Shown: piece by piece, positions 19,402 to 28,980 of the stretch
Numbering within the stretch: the first letter of the stretch is position 1
How the letters are laid out: each line of letters opens with the position of its first letter
Assembly (NCBI GenBank): GCA_046299555.1
Contig: JBKBHS010000001.1
Span: forward strand, 1,056,009 to 1,120,008
From: Bacteroidia bacterium
GTDB taxonomy: Bacteria > Bacteroidota > Bacteroidia > JACCXN01
DNA: 64,000 nucleotides
Reading direction: 5' to 3'
Position numbers and translations under genes: made by a program
The notes under the pieces: generated by a model
What the model was told of the DNA's origin: nothing
Databases searched by the model: none
Seen by the model: only the letters and a program-made list of their open reading frames with translations

Positions 19402-22400
19402 ATGAAAGCATTAATAAAAATTATATTTATTTTATACATAATTCTACCATATACATCTGCTTACTCTCAAAATTCTACAAAAGGAAAAGATTTTTGGTTT
19501 GGTTTTCTATCTAATTTTTATGGCCCGGGTGGTTCACCCAATATGATTTATATTACTTCTGACAGAAATGTAAATGGAAATATATCTGTTCCCGGTATTG
19601 GAGTTAATATTCCGTTTAGTGTTACAGCCAATGGAGTTTTTTCTGTAGATATGGCAGCTCAATTGGTAGAACCTCCCCAAAATGACGGAATACATAATTT
19701 GGCCATACATATTACTGCATGTGATACTATTACGGTTTATGCTCAGAATGCAGGTTCAGCTTCAAATGATGCTACGATTATTTATCCAACCGAATCGCTT
19801 GGTGATGATTATAGAATTTTAAATATTAATGGATGGCCGGGAGATTGGGGGGATGAAGCTTTGATAGTAGCTACAGAAAATAATACACAAATAGAAATAA
19901 TCCCTTCAGTTGCAACTTCGGGTGGTTTGCCTGCCGGTGTTCCAACTGTTATCACATTAAATCAGGGACAAATGTATCAATTAAGTCATATTCCTGGTGG
20001 TAATAACTTATCCGGTACTATAATTAGAGGAGTAAATTCAGGAGTTTGTAAGCCATTTGCGGTTTTTTCAGGAAGTATATGTATAAATATAGGCGGATGC
20101 GTAGCTTGTGATCATCTGTATGAACAATTATTACCTGTATCAGCATGGGGGCTTGAATATATTTTAGTGCCCTTGAGCAATAAATCTCAAACTTATTATA
20201 GAATAATTGCATTAAATAATGGAACCAGCGTTTCCATAAACGGTGGAGCACCCATTAACTTAAATGCAGGTCAAGTTCATCAATTTTCAAATAATGTAGC
20301 CAGCTATGTACAATCCAATCAACCTATTCAGATAATGCAATATGCGCAAGGGAATGATTGTGACGGTGTTGGAGATCCTTTTCAAATTTTAATGTTTCCA
20401 ATTGAGCAAACTATAGATAATATAACTTTTAATGCATTTGTTACACCTTTAATTACTCAATATTGGGTAAATATTGTAGCTCAAACAAGTGCAGTTGCTA
20501 ATGTGGTATTAGATGGAAATAATATTGCAGCCCAGTTTAATCCCGTACCTTCAAATCCGGCATTTAGTTTTGCAAGAGTAAATATAACTCAAGGCAATCA
20601 TACACTTACATGTCCAGATGGTGTATTGGCTTATATTTACGGTTGGGGAGGTTATGAATCTTTTGGATATTGTGCCGGAGCCTCATTGCGCGATTTAACA
20701 AATGATTTTACTATAACATCGGTACCAACTTGTGCAGGAAATTCAATTACGTTCAGTGCAATAAGCGATCCAAATACAACTAATTATATATGGAATTTTG
20801 GAGATAATACAACTGCAAATGGTCTAACCGTTAGTCATACTTATTCTAATCCTGGTACCTATCAAGTTACTTTAACCAAAGTAAATAATATAGGATGTGA
20901 TAAAATCATACAGAAAAATGTATTAATAATGGATCCTCCTGTACAAATAGAACAAAATGATACTGTAATTTGTATCGGTGCAACGGTTAATTTGAATATT
21001 TTTTCAAATGATAGTATTCCAATTTATACACCAACAGGATGTGGAGATAGTTTATTAACATATATTTCATATCCTTATGATAGCATTGTATGGAGTACTG
21101 GACAAAATACATTTAATATTTCGATAACTCCAACTCAAGATACCACAATATATGTTTATGCATACGAAGGTAATTGTATAGGTGTTGACTCAATTCGAAT
21201 AGCCGTTAAAGACATACACGCACAATTCAGTGTTCAAGATAATTGTTTTGGGGTGAGTAGTCAATTTAATAATACTTCATTTATTAATAATCCTCATCAA
21301 ATAGATTCATATTTATGGAATTTTGGTGATGGAAATAATACAACGGCTCAAAATCCAACTCATACTTATGGTTCACCCGGAAATTATAATGTAACATTAA
21401 TTGTTTCCACTATCGAAGGATGTAGCGATAGTATTACACAAAGTATTAATGTTTATGATGCTCCTGTTGCAGATTTTGAAACAGATTCAGTTTGCTTAGG
21501 AGTAGCAATATTATTTAATAATCTTACAAGTAATCCTTTACATGGTAATATAGGAAACTACTGGTGGGATTTTGGAGACGGATCTCCAATTAATACTTCC
21601 AATTGGTCGCCTAATTATATGTATAATCAATCAGGCGTTTTTAATGTTTCTTTAGTTGTTCAAAATTCACAATTAAATTGCTACGATACAATAACCAAGC
21701 CTGTACGTGTTTACGCCAATCCATCGGCAGGTTTTTCTTATACGGATGTATGTTTGGGTAATGTGATGAGTTTAACGGATTCTTCGAGTATTGCAACCAC
21801 AGATACGATAGTTTCATATTTATGGGCATTTGGCGATGGTTCACCTACAGACAATAATCAAAATACAACACATCTTTATAATAATGCGGGAGCCTATACG
21901 GTAACGTTAATAGTAACGGGCACGGGAGGATGTTCAGATGTACAAACACATACGGTAAATGTATATGATGCCCCGCAGGCTAATTTTACAACGAGCAATG
22001 TATGTTTAAACACGGCAGCAAGTTTTACAAATACCACTGTGAGTCCACAACATGGAGGCATGGGTAATTTTTCGTGGAATTTTGGAGATGGCTCGCCTTT
22101 GAATACAAATGACTGGAATGCTAATCATCAATATACTACACATGGCACTTATCAGGTAACATTAATTACACAAAATTCAAATTTAGGCTGTGCTGATACC
22201 ATTACATTACCAATTATAATTCATCCCATGCCTGTACCAAACTTTACCTTTGTAAATCAATGTCAGGCAGATGCTTACACATTTACAAATACTTCAAGTA
22301 TAGCGCAAGGAACGATAGCCTCCTATAATTGGAATTTTGGGGATAATAGTACAAGCACTGCGAGTTCACCAAGTCATACCTATAGTTCATCGGGTAATTA

Positions 22401-23523
22401 CAGTGTAACGTTAACAGCAACGAGTGATAGTGGATGTGTAGCAAGTATAACACAACAAGTTACGGTATATCCGATGCCGAATGCAGATTTTACGGTTAAT
22501 GAAGTATGCCATAATAGTCCCACAGAGTTTACAAGTACATCGAGTGTATTACCACCGGATAATATTACCACCTATCAATGGTTATTTGGAGATAATAATA
22601 GTTCAAGCCAACAAAATCCACAGCACACTTATAGCAGTGCAGGCTTATACAATGCTACCTTGATAGTAACCACGAATCACAATTGCAGCGATACGATAGT
22701 TTTACCTGTAACAGTAAATCCGAATCCGGTAGTAGATTTTGTGGCCAATAAAATAAACGGATGCTCACCATTGTGTATAGATTTTACACAACAGGCAACA
22801 ATATCATCAGGAGTTAACAGTCAATATATTTGGAATTTTGGCGATGGAAATAATGGCAATGGAGCAGTAGTATCAAATTGTTATACCAATACAACTATCT
22901 ACAATCCGATTAGCAGAGATATTACGTTAACTGTAGTATCGGATAAGGGTTGTAGCACAACGGTAACCAAGCCGAATTATATAACAGTGTATCCTTTGCC
23001 TGTAGCGGAGTTTACGCCTATACCGAAGGAGACGAGTATCTTAGATCCAATTATATATTTTGAAAATCAATCTTTAGGTTCGAATGCGTGGTTGTGGCAT
23101 TTTGGAGAGGCGAATAATACGGGAGATACCATAAGTCAAAACCCATATCATACATACAAGGATACTGGGATTTATCAAGTTACATTAATATCCACGAATC
23201 AATGGGGATGTAAAGATACAGTAGTACATGATGTAGTAATAATAGGAGATTTTGCGTATTTTATACCGAATACCTTTACACCGAATGGGGATGGGGTAAA
23301 TGATAGTTTTTATGGCAAGGGTTATGGTATAAAAGAGATCGTATTTCAGGTGTTTGACCGCTGGGGGTTGTTATTATTTGAAACAACCGATGTGAACGAA
23401 GGCTGGAAAGGCACCTATCAAGGAGAAAACTGTCAGCAGGATGTGTATGTTTATCAGGTAAGAATTGTAGATATAAATAATAAAAAACATCAGTTTAGAG
23501 GGCATGTTAATTTGATTCGATAA
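19402..23523 (+). CDS. Giant PKD-repeat surface protein B with IgGFc-binding-like N-domain and type-B T9SS C-terminal domain
   Basis: Signal peptide. The ~430-aa N-domain begins KGKDFWFGFLSNF, which resembles the IgGFc-binding N-terminal domain family. PKD modules follow. The 3' ~620 codons are identical to gene A except the last ~40. Confidence 0.8.
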   Translation: MKALIKIIFILYIILPYTSAYSQNSTKGKDFWFGFLSNFYGPGGSPNMIYITSDRNVNGNISVPGIGVNIPFSVTANGVFSVDMAAQLVEPPQNDGIHNLAIHITACDTITVYAQNAGSASNDATIIYPTESLGDDYRILNINGWPGDWGDEALIVATENNTQIEIIPSVATSGGLPAGVPTVITLNQGQMYQLSHIPGGNNLSGTIIRGVNSGVCKPFAVFSGSICINIGGCVACDHLYEQLLPVSAWGLEYILVPLSNKSQTYYRIIALNNGTSVSINGGAPINLNAGQVHQFSNNVASYVQSNQPIQIMQYAQGNDCDGVGDPFQILMFPIEQTIDNITFNAFVTPLITQYWVNIVAQTSAVANVVLDGNNIAAQFNPVPSNPAFSFARVNITQGNHTLTCPDGVLAYIYGWGGYESFGYCAGASLRDLTNDFTITSVPTCAGNSITFSAISDPNTTNYIWNFGDNTTANGLTVSHTYSNPGTYQVTLTKVNNIGCDKIIQKNVLIMDPPVQIEQNDTVICIGATVNLNIFSNDSIPIYTPTGCGDSLLTYISYPYDSIVWSTGQNTFNISITPTQDTTIYVYAYEGNCIGVDSIRIAVKDIHAQFSVQDNCFGVSSQFNNTSFINNPHQIDSYLWNFGDGNNTTAQNPTHTYGSPGNYNVTLIVSTIEGCSDSITQSINVYDAPVADFETDSVCLGVAILFNNLTSNPLHGNIGNYWWDFGDGSPINTSNWSPNYMYNQSGVFNVSLVVQNSQLNCYDTITKPVRVYANPSAGFSYTDVCLGNVMSLTDSSSIATTDTIVSYLWAFGDGSPTDNNQNTTHLYNNAGAYTVTLIVTGTGGCSDVQTHTVNVYDAPQANFTTSNVCLNTAASFTNTTVSPQHGGMGNFSWNFGDGSPLNTNDWNANHQYTTHGTYQVTLITQNSNLGCADTITLPIIIHPMPVPNFTFVNQCQADAYTFTNTSSIAQGTIASYNWNFGDNSTSTASSPSHTYSSSGNYSVTLTATSDSGCVASITQQVTVYPMPNADFTVNEVCHNSPTEFTSTSSVLPPDNITTYQWLFGDNNSSSQQNPQHTYSSAGLYNATLIVTTNHNCSDTIVLPVTVNPNPVVDFVANKINGCSPLCIDFTQQATISSGVNSQYIWNFGDGNNGNGAVVSNCYTNTTIYNPISRDITLTVVSDKGCSTTVTKPNYITVYPLPVAEFTPIPKETSILDPIIYFENQSLGSNAWLWHFGEANNTGDTISQNPYHTYKDTGIYQVTLISTNQWGCKDTVVHDVVIIGDFAYFIPNTFTPNGDGVNDSFYGKGYGIKEIVFQVFDRWGLLLFETTDVNEGWKGTYQGENCQQDVYVYQVRIVDINNKKHQFRGHVNLIR
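21678..23393 (+). repeat. Copy 2 of the 1716-bp identical segment
   Basis: See copy 1. Identity starts inside a PKD module at ...CYDTITKPVRVYANPSAGF and ends 130 bp before the stop codon. Confidence 0.9.
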
Positions 23524-23668
23524 AATTTTTTATCCATAAAAGCATTCTGCTAAATAATTTCATCGAATCAAATTAAATAATAGTCGAATTGGCAACCAAA
23601 TGTTTATTTTAACGTTAATTAATATAATCTTTTAAATTACTTTCGTAAATTATATGTAAAACATTGTA

Positions 23669-26600
23669 GTGATGCCAATTAACAGAATTTTATTTCTTTT
23701 TATAATTTGTATTTTAAATCCAAGTTTTCTATCAGCTCAAAATACATGTCCTAATTCCGATTTTTCACAAGGCAATTTTAATAATTGGAATGGTTTTACA
23801 GGTAGTTATACTAATCCTGCTCAAACTCCCGGTATAGTTCCGGGCAGGCACACTATAATGAATGCTTCTGCATTAGATCCAAATACATGCAATGGCTTAA
23901 ATGTATTACCTCCCGGATCTTCATTTTCGGCACGTTTGGGTAATGCAGGTACAAATGCACAAGGAGAGCAATTAAGATATACTTTAGCAGTTACCAACCA
24001 AAACGCTTTATTTGTATATAAATACGCAGTTGTATTAGAAAATCCATCCGGTCATGCCCCTAATGAACAACCTGAATTTAGAATGAGAATTTTAAACCAG
24101 TCAGGACAACAAATTGGAGGTAATTGCGGGCAATATACGGTTTATGGAGGTCAACCGGGGCAAAATTTTCAAGTTTGTGGAGGAGTTACTTGGTTACCCT
24201 GGACAATAGTTTCTGTAAACTTATCGCCCTATATCGGGCAAAATGTTACAATAGAATTTACAACAAAAGACTGTAGCTTAGGTGCACATTTTGGATACGC
24301 ATACGTTGCTGCCGAATGTATGCCTTTAATGATTGATATTGAATATTGCCCGGGTGATAATTCTGTAGTATTAACTGCTCCTCCTGGCTTTCAATCTTAC
24401 CAATGGAGTCCGGGGGGAGCTACAACACAATCTATAACCATAAATAATCCGGTTATTGGTTCTACCTATTCTTGTACATTAACTTCGTTTAGTAATCAAG
24501 GTTCTTGTCAGGTTACCTTAAGTGTTCAGATAGTACCAACAGTAGTTACGGCAGGTTTTTCTTTTTCACCGGCTTGTCAGGGAGTGCCAATACAATTTAC
24601 AGATACTTCAACAGTAGCAAATGGAACACTAGGTTCCTGGCTTTGGGATTTTGGAGATGGAAACACTTCAACAGCACAAAACCCAACACATACCTATTCG
24701 AATAGTGGCACTTATAATGTAACCCTTATTGCATTTTCTACAGCGCAATGTAGCGATACAATTACTCAGCAAATTAATATTTTCCCAATTCCTGATGCTC
24801 AATTTACTTATGCTCCTGCTTGTCCCGGAGATGCTGTTCAATTTACTAATAACTCTACCGGTAATACAACTTTAACCTACAATTGGAATTTTGGAGATCC
24901 TGCTTCCGGTGCAAATAATACTTCAACTGATACAAATCCAAGTCATATATTTAATACAGCCGGAACGTATAATGTAACTTTGGTTGCAACTAATACCAAT
25001 GGATGTGTTGATACTCTTGTTCAACAAGTCCAAGTTAATTCAGGTGCTACGCCAAATTTTACATTTACAAGTCAATGTCAGGGAACAGCAATAAACTTTA
25101 ATAATACAAGTACTATAGCTCCTCCTAATACCATTACAAATTACAGTTGGAATTTTGGAGGAGGTAATACCGCAACCGGAGCTACAGCAAGTCATGTATT
25201 TAATACTCCCGGAATGAATAATGTTACATTAACGGTAACAACATCTTTAGGATGTAGCGATTCTATTACCATACCGGTGAGGGTATATGCTAATCCTGTT
25301 GCTAATTTTACACATCAAGATGTGTGTTTTGGTAATGTAATGAGTTTTACTAATACCTCTACAGTTACTAATACAGATACTATTACAAGTTATTTATGGG
25401 CATTTGGAAATGGTAATACATCTACAGCAACCAACCCAACTCAAAACTATGCAGCACCAGGCAGTTATAATGTTACTTTGATTGCCACTAGTACCGGTGG
25501 ATGTTCAAATGTTGTTACTCATCAGGTTAATGTATATGATTTGCCAGTTGCCGACTTTATATTTGATAATAAATGTGAAAATATTCAAGCTACATTTACA
25601 AACATTACACAACAGCCACAATCCGGTAATGTTACGTCATGGTCATGGAATTATGGAGATGGTTCACCATTAGATGTTACCAATTGGAATGGAGTACATA
25701 CTTATACAACAACAGGTACATATACTGTAACTTTAATTACTAATAATACTATCGGCTGTTCAGATACTGTAAGTCATCAAATATTAGTACATCCAACTCC
25801 TGTTGCAGATTTTAGTTTTACCAATAAATGTTTAGTAGATTCAGTTGTGTTTACAGATCTTTCAACCGGTGGAATCGCATCATATAACTGGAATTTTGGA
25901 GATGGAAATAATAGTACGCAATCTAATCCAACCCATATCTATTCAAATGCTGGATTTTATACCGTTACATTATCAGTAACAAGCGATAGCGGTTGTACAC
26001 ATTTTACAACTAAGCAAGTTGAAATATACCCAATGCCAAATGCTGATTTTTCTGCATTAAACGTTTGTCAGTATGATAGTATGAATTTTACTTCGTTGGC
26101 AACGGTTCAACCTCCAAGTAATATTGCAAATTGGAATTGGGATTTTGGAAATACAATAGGAACATCTACTCAAACCAATCCAGCTTATTTCTATGGTGCA
26201 CCTGGAACTTACAATGTAACCTTAATAGTAAATACCAATAATAATTGTAAAGATACAGTTACAAAAACAGTTGTAGTAAACCCAATGCCGAATGTAAATT
26301 TTGAAGCGGATTTATTAAGTTCCTGTTCTCCATTATGTGTTAATTTAACAGACTTATCATCAGTAGTTTCAGGTAACAATACTTCTTTTGTGTGGAATTT
26401 TGGTGATGGAACAACAGGAAACGGAGTAACTACTAACCATTGCTATACCAACGATGGTGCTACTGAAAATGTATATAGAACAATAACGCTAACTGTTACT
26501 ACCGATAGTGGTTGTGTTGGCATGCACACCAAAAACAATTATTTAACAATTTATCCTACCCCGATTGCTGAATTTTCATCATCTCCACAACCCACTACCA

Positions 26601-27079
26601 TTAGAAATCCAATTATATATTTTAATAATGAAACAATTGGAGGATATTCTTATGTGTGGAATTTTGGTGATAATACAGCAACTTCTACTGAAACTAGTCC
26701 AACTCATACTTATGTAATGGTTGGTCAGTATGATGTTACATTAATATCTACCAATCAATGGGGATGTTCTGATACAATTATTCATACAGTATATATTGAT
26801 GATGATTTTGCGTTTTATATACCAAATGCCTTTACTCCAAATGGTGATGGAATTAATGATATATTTTCAGGCAAAGGCTATGGTATTAAAGAGTATGTAA
26901 TGTATGTTTTTGATCGGTGGGGTGAAAAACTTTATGAAACCACTGACTTAAATAAAGGGTGGGATGGGACCTTTAAAGGAGCGGAAGCTCAACAAGATGT
27001 ATATGTTTATCGTGTAGATATTATAGATATTCACGGAGAAAAACACAAATATAAAGGACACTTTACATTAGTAAGATAA
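23669..27079 (+). CDS. Giant PKD-repeat surface protein C, a diverged paralog of A, with type-B T9SS C-terminal domain
   Basis: Same architecture as A. The N-domain CPNSDFSQGNFNNWNGFTGSYTNPAQTPGIVPGRHTIM...FGYAYVAAEC is colinear with A's but only partly identical. It has ~9 PKD modules and a C-terminus FYIPNAFTPNGDGINDIFSGKGYGIKE...DRWGEKLYE. Confidence 0.8.
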   Translation: MMPINRILFLFIICILNPSFLSAQNTCPNSDFSQGNFNNWNGFTGSYTNPAQTPGIVPGRHTIMNASALDPNTCNGLNVLPPGSSFSARLGNAGTNAQGEQLRYTLAVTNQNALFVYKYAVVLENPSGHAPNEQPEFRMRILNQSGQQIGGNCGQYTVYGGQPGQNFQVCGGVTWLPWTIVSVNLSPYIGQNVTIEFTTKDCSLGAHFGYAYVAAECMPLMIDIEYCPGDNSVVLTAPPGFQSYQWSPGGATTQSITINNPVIGSTYSCTLTSFSNQGSCQVTLSVQIVPTVVTAGFSFSPACQGVPIQFTDTSTVANGTLGSWLWDFGDGNTSTAQNPTHTYSNSGTYNVTLIAFSTAQCSDTITQQINIFPIPDAQFTYAPACPGDAVQFTNNSTGNTTLTYNWNFGDPASGANNTSTDTNPSHIFNTAGTYNVTLVATNTNGCVDTLVQQVQVNSGATPNFTFTSQCQGTAINFNNTSTIAPPNTITNYSWNFGGGNTATGATASHVFNTPGMNNVTLTVTTSLGCSDSITIPVRVYANPVANFTHQDVCFGNVMSFTNTSTVTNTDTITSYLWAFGNGNTSTATNPTQNYAAPGSYNVTLIATSTGGCSNVVTHQVNVYDLPVADFIFDNKCENIQATFTNITQQPQSGNVTSWSWNYGDGSPLDVTNWNGVHTYTTTGTYTVTLITNNTIGCSDTVSHQILVHPTPVADFSFTNKCLVDSVVFTDLSTGGIASYNWNFGDGNNSTQSNPTHIYSNAGFYTVTLSVTSDSGCTHFTTKQVEIYPMPNADFSALNVCQYDSMNFTSLATVQPPSNIANWNWDFGNTIGTSTQTNPAYFYGAPGTYNVTLIVNTNNNCKDTVTKTVVVNPMPNVNFEADLLSSCSPLCVNLTDLSSVVSGNNTSFVWNFGDGTTGNGVTTNHCYTNDGATENVYRTITLTVTTDSGCVGMHTKNNYLTIYPTPIAEFSSSPQPTTIRNPIIYFNNETIGGYSYVWNFGDNTATSTETSPTHTYVMVGQYDVTLISTNQWGCSDTIIHTVYIDDDFAFYIPNAFTPNGDGINDIFSGKGYGIKEYVMYVFDRWGEKLYETTDLNKGWDGTFKGAEAQQDVYVYRVDIIDIHGEKHKYKGHFTLVR

Positions 27080-27085
27080 TAAATA

Positions 27086-27115
27086 AAAATCCCCCGAAAC
27101 CGGGGGATTTTTTTA
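27086..27115. terminator. Bidirectional rho-independent terminator between convergent genes
   Basis: aaaaatcccccg-aaac-cgggggattttttt perfect 8-bp GC-rich stem flanked by A-run and T-run. Confidence 0.6.
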
Positions 27116-27123
27116 GAATTTAA

Positions 27124-27645
27124 TTAGAACAATGTTTTGACTTCTTTTTTTAAGATTTCCAATGCAAAATCAGATGGAATTTTTTCCAACTGACTACTCA
27201 TATCAATAATCATTTTGCTTAATTCAGCGCCATTTGCATCATCTCCAACTCTTGCTGCAGCAATGTTTATAATTTTAATCGTTTCTTCTTTTGCAGCTTT
27301 TACTGCGTCCCACATAGGTTTCGACATATAAATTTGTTGTGCTACATTATGATCATATTCATTTCTGATATTTTTTAATAATTCAGCTTGTAATAAACGA
27401 GCACTCATACCTTGTTTAAAAATGCGCATTACTAAAGCATTTGGATGAATTCTTTCTAAAAAAATGGCAATTCTTTCATAAGCTTGTAAACGTAAAGGCA
27501 AAATATTTTTCTGATTGTTTGATTTAAATTCAATCATTTGTTTGCGATATTCATTTTCAGTCATTTTTTTTAAAAAGAAAAAAGCAGTTAGAAATACAAT
27601 ACCCGAAGGTAAAACTGCTATTAATACATCAAAAAGTGCATCCAT
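27124..27645 (-). CDS. Hypothetical single-pass membrane protein (173 aa)
   Basis: N-terminal transmembrane helix (LIAVLPSGIVFLTAFFFL) followed by a predicted helical domain. No recognisable motif. Located immediately downstream of dnaN. Confidence 0.4.
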   Translation of the reverse strand: MDALFDVLIAVLPSGIVFLTAFFFLKKMTENEYRKQMIEFKSNNQKNILPLRLQAYERIAIFLERIHPNALVMRIFKQGMSARLLQAELLKNIRNEYDHNVAQQIYMSKPMWDAVKAAKEETIKIINIAAARVGDDANGAELSKMIIDMSSQLEKIPSDFALEILKKEVKTLF

Positions 27646-27705
27646 AAATTGAACGTTTTAAACAAATTTAAAAATTAATATGATGATTTTAGAGTATTTT
27701 TAATA

Positions 27706-27736
27706 AAAAGCCTCATCAAATTATTTGATGAGGCTT
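27706..27736 (-). terminator. Rho-independent terminator after dnaN
   Basis: aagcctcatcaaa-ttat-ttgatgaggctt hairpin with a T-run on the minus strand. Confidence 0.5.
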
Positions 27737-27756
27737 CAATAAAAATTCTTCTTTGA

Positions 27757-28878
27757 TTATGAATTAAGCATTATAGGCATAACCAACATTAATAAATCTT
27801 CTTCTTTATTATCATTATCAACCGGTAGCAAAATTCCTGCTCTGTTTGGAGCCGACATTTCTAAGTTTACATATTCGGTTTCAATATTATTAAGCATTTC
27901 TAATAAGAATTTTGAATTGAAACCTATTTCCATATCTTGCCCTTCGTATTGGCAAGGCAGGCGTTCTATTGCTTCGTTAGAAAAATCTAAATCTTGCGCA
28001 GAAACTTGTAATTGGTTACCGGTAATTTTTAAACGTATTTGATAAGTGGTTTTATTTGAGAAAATTGAAACACGTTTTAAAGAATTGGCTAATGCTTGCC
28101 TTTCGATAGTTAATTTATTGGGGTTTTCTTTTGGTATAACAGCTTCATAATTAGGATATTTTCCGTCAATTAATCTACAAATTAACTGTAAATTATTGTG
28201 TGCAAAAAAGGCACTGGTTGGATTATACTCTATTTTAACGTTTCCTTCTTCTCCTGAAAGTAAGTTGCGTAATAAGTTTAATGGTTTTTTGGGTAATATA
28301 AACGAAGCATTATTTGCTGATTTTACATCTAATCTTCTGTATCGAACTAATTTATGAGCATCGGTAGCTACGAAAATTACTCCACTATCAGTTAATTGGC
28401 AAAATACTCCCGACATTACAGGGCGCAAATCATCATTACCGGTAGCAAAAATGGTTTTATTAATTCCTGTTGCAAATGCAGAAGCGTCCATTTCAAAAGT
28501 GCTTGGAGATTCTACATTTGGAATTTTTGGATATTCATCAGCATTATGCCCTGATAATTTATATTTACCATAATCTGAAGCTATTTCTATTCCAAAGTTT
28601 TTTTCGTCAATCGTAAAAGTTAAGGGTTGTTCCGAAAAAGTTTTTAATGTATCCATTAAAAGCTTTGCAGGTACGGCAATTTTACCACTGTCTTTAGATT
28701 CTACCTCTAGGTAAGTAATCATGGTTGTTTCTAAATCGGAGGCGCAGATAGTTAATTTGCCCGGTGTAATATCAAATAAGAAATTATCTAAAATGGGTAA
28801 GGTATTACTGGAGTTTAATACTCCGTTTATCTGCGAAAGGTGTTTTAGTAATGTGGTACTCGAAACAATAAATTTCAT
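27757..28878 (-). CDS. dnaN: DNA polymerase III beta sliding clamp
   Basis: 373 aa with MKFIVSSTTLLKHLSQINGV..., a three-domain clamp pattern and the C-terminal LLMLVMPIMLN motif. Confidence 0.9.
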   Translation of the reverse strand: MKFIVSSTTLLKHLSQINGVLNSSNTLPILDNFLFDITPGKLTICASDLETTMITYLEVESKDSGKIAVPAKLLMDTLKTFSEQPLTFTIDEKNFGIEIASDYGKYKLSGHNADEYPKIPNVESPSTFEMDASAFATGINKTIFATGNDDLRPVMSGVFCQLTDSGVIFVATDAHKLVRYRRLDVKSANNASFILPKKPLNLLRNLLSGEEGNVKIEYNPTSAFFAHNNLQLICRLIDGKYPNYEAVIPKENPNKLTIERQALANSLKRVSIFSNKTTYQIRLKITGNQLQVSAQDLDFSNEAIERLPCQYEGQDMEIGFNSKFLLEMLNNIETEYVNLEMSAPNRAGILLPVDNDNKEEDLLMLVMPIMLNS

Positions 28879-28980
28879 GTCTTTTTGTATTTTTAGAAAA
28901 CAAATTTAAAGGTTTAAACCTATAAGGATTTAAAATAAGAATTAACAATAAAGAGGAGTTTTTAACAAGTTGTTAATTCC

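Noticed and set aside
17543-23393. The 1716-bp identical copies as an insertion sequence or other mobile element
   Set aside because: Both copies are in-frame internal parts of adhesin coding sequences (PKD modules plus sorting domain). They carry no transposase, no terminal inverted repeats and no target-site duplications. They are better explained by gene conversion or duplication between paralogs.
24505-25673. Track ORFs 24505-24705(+) and 25482-25673(+) inside adhesin gene C
   Set aside because: They are alternative-frame ORFs within a long confirmed coding region with no independent support.
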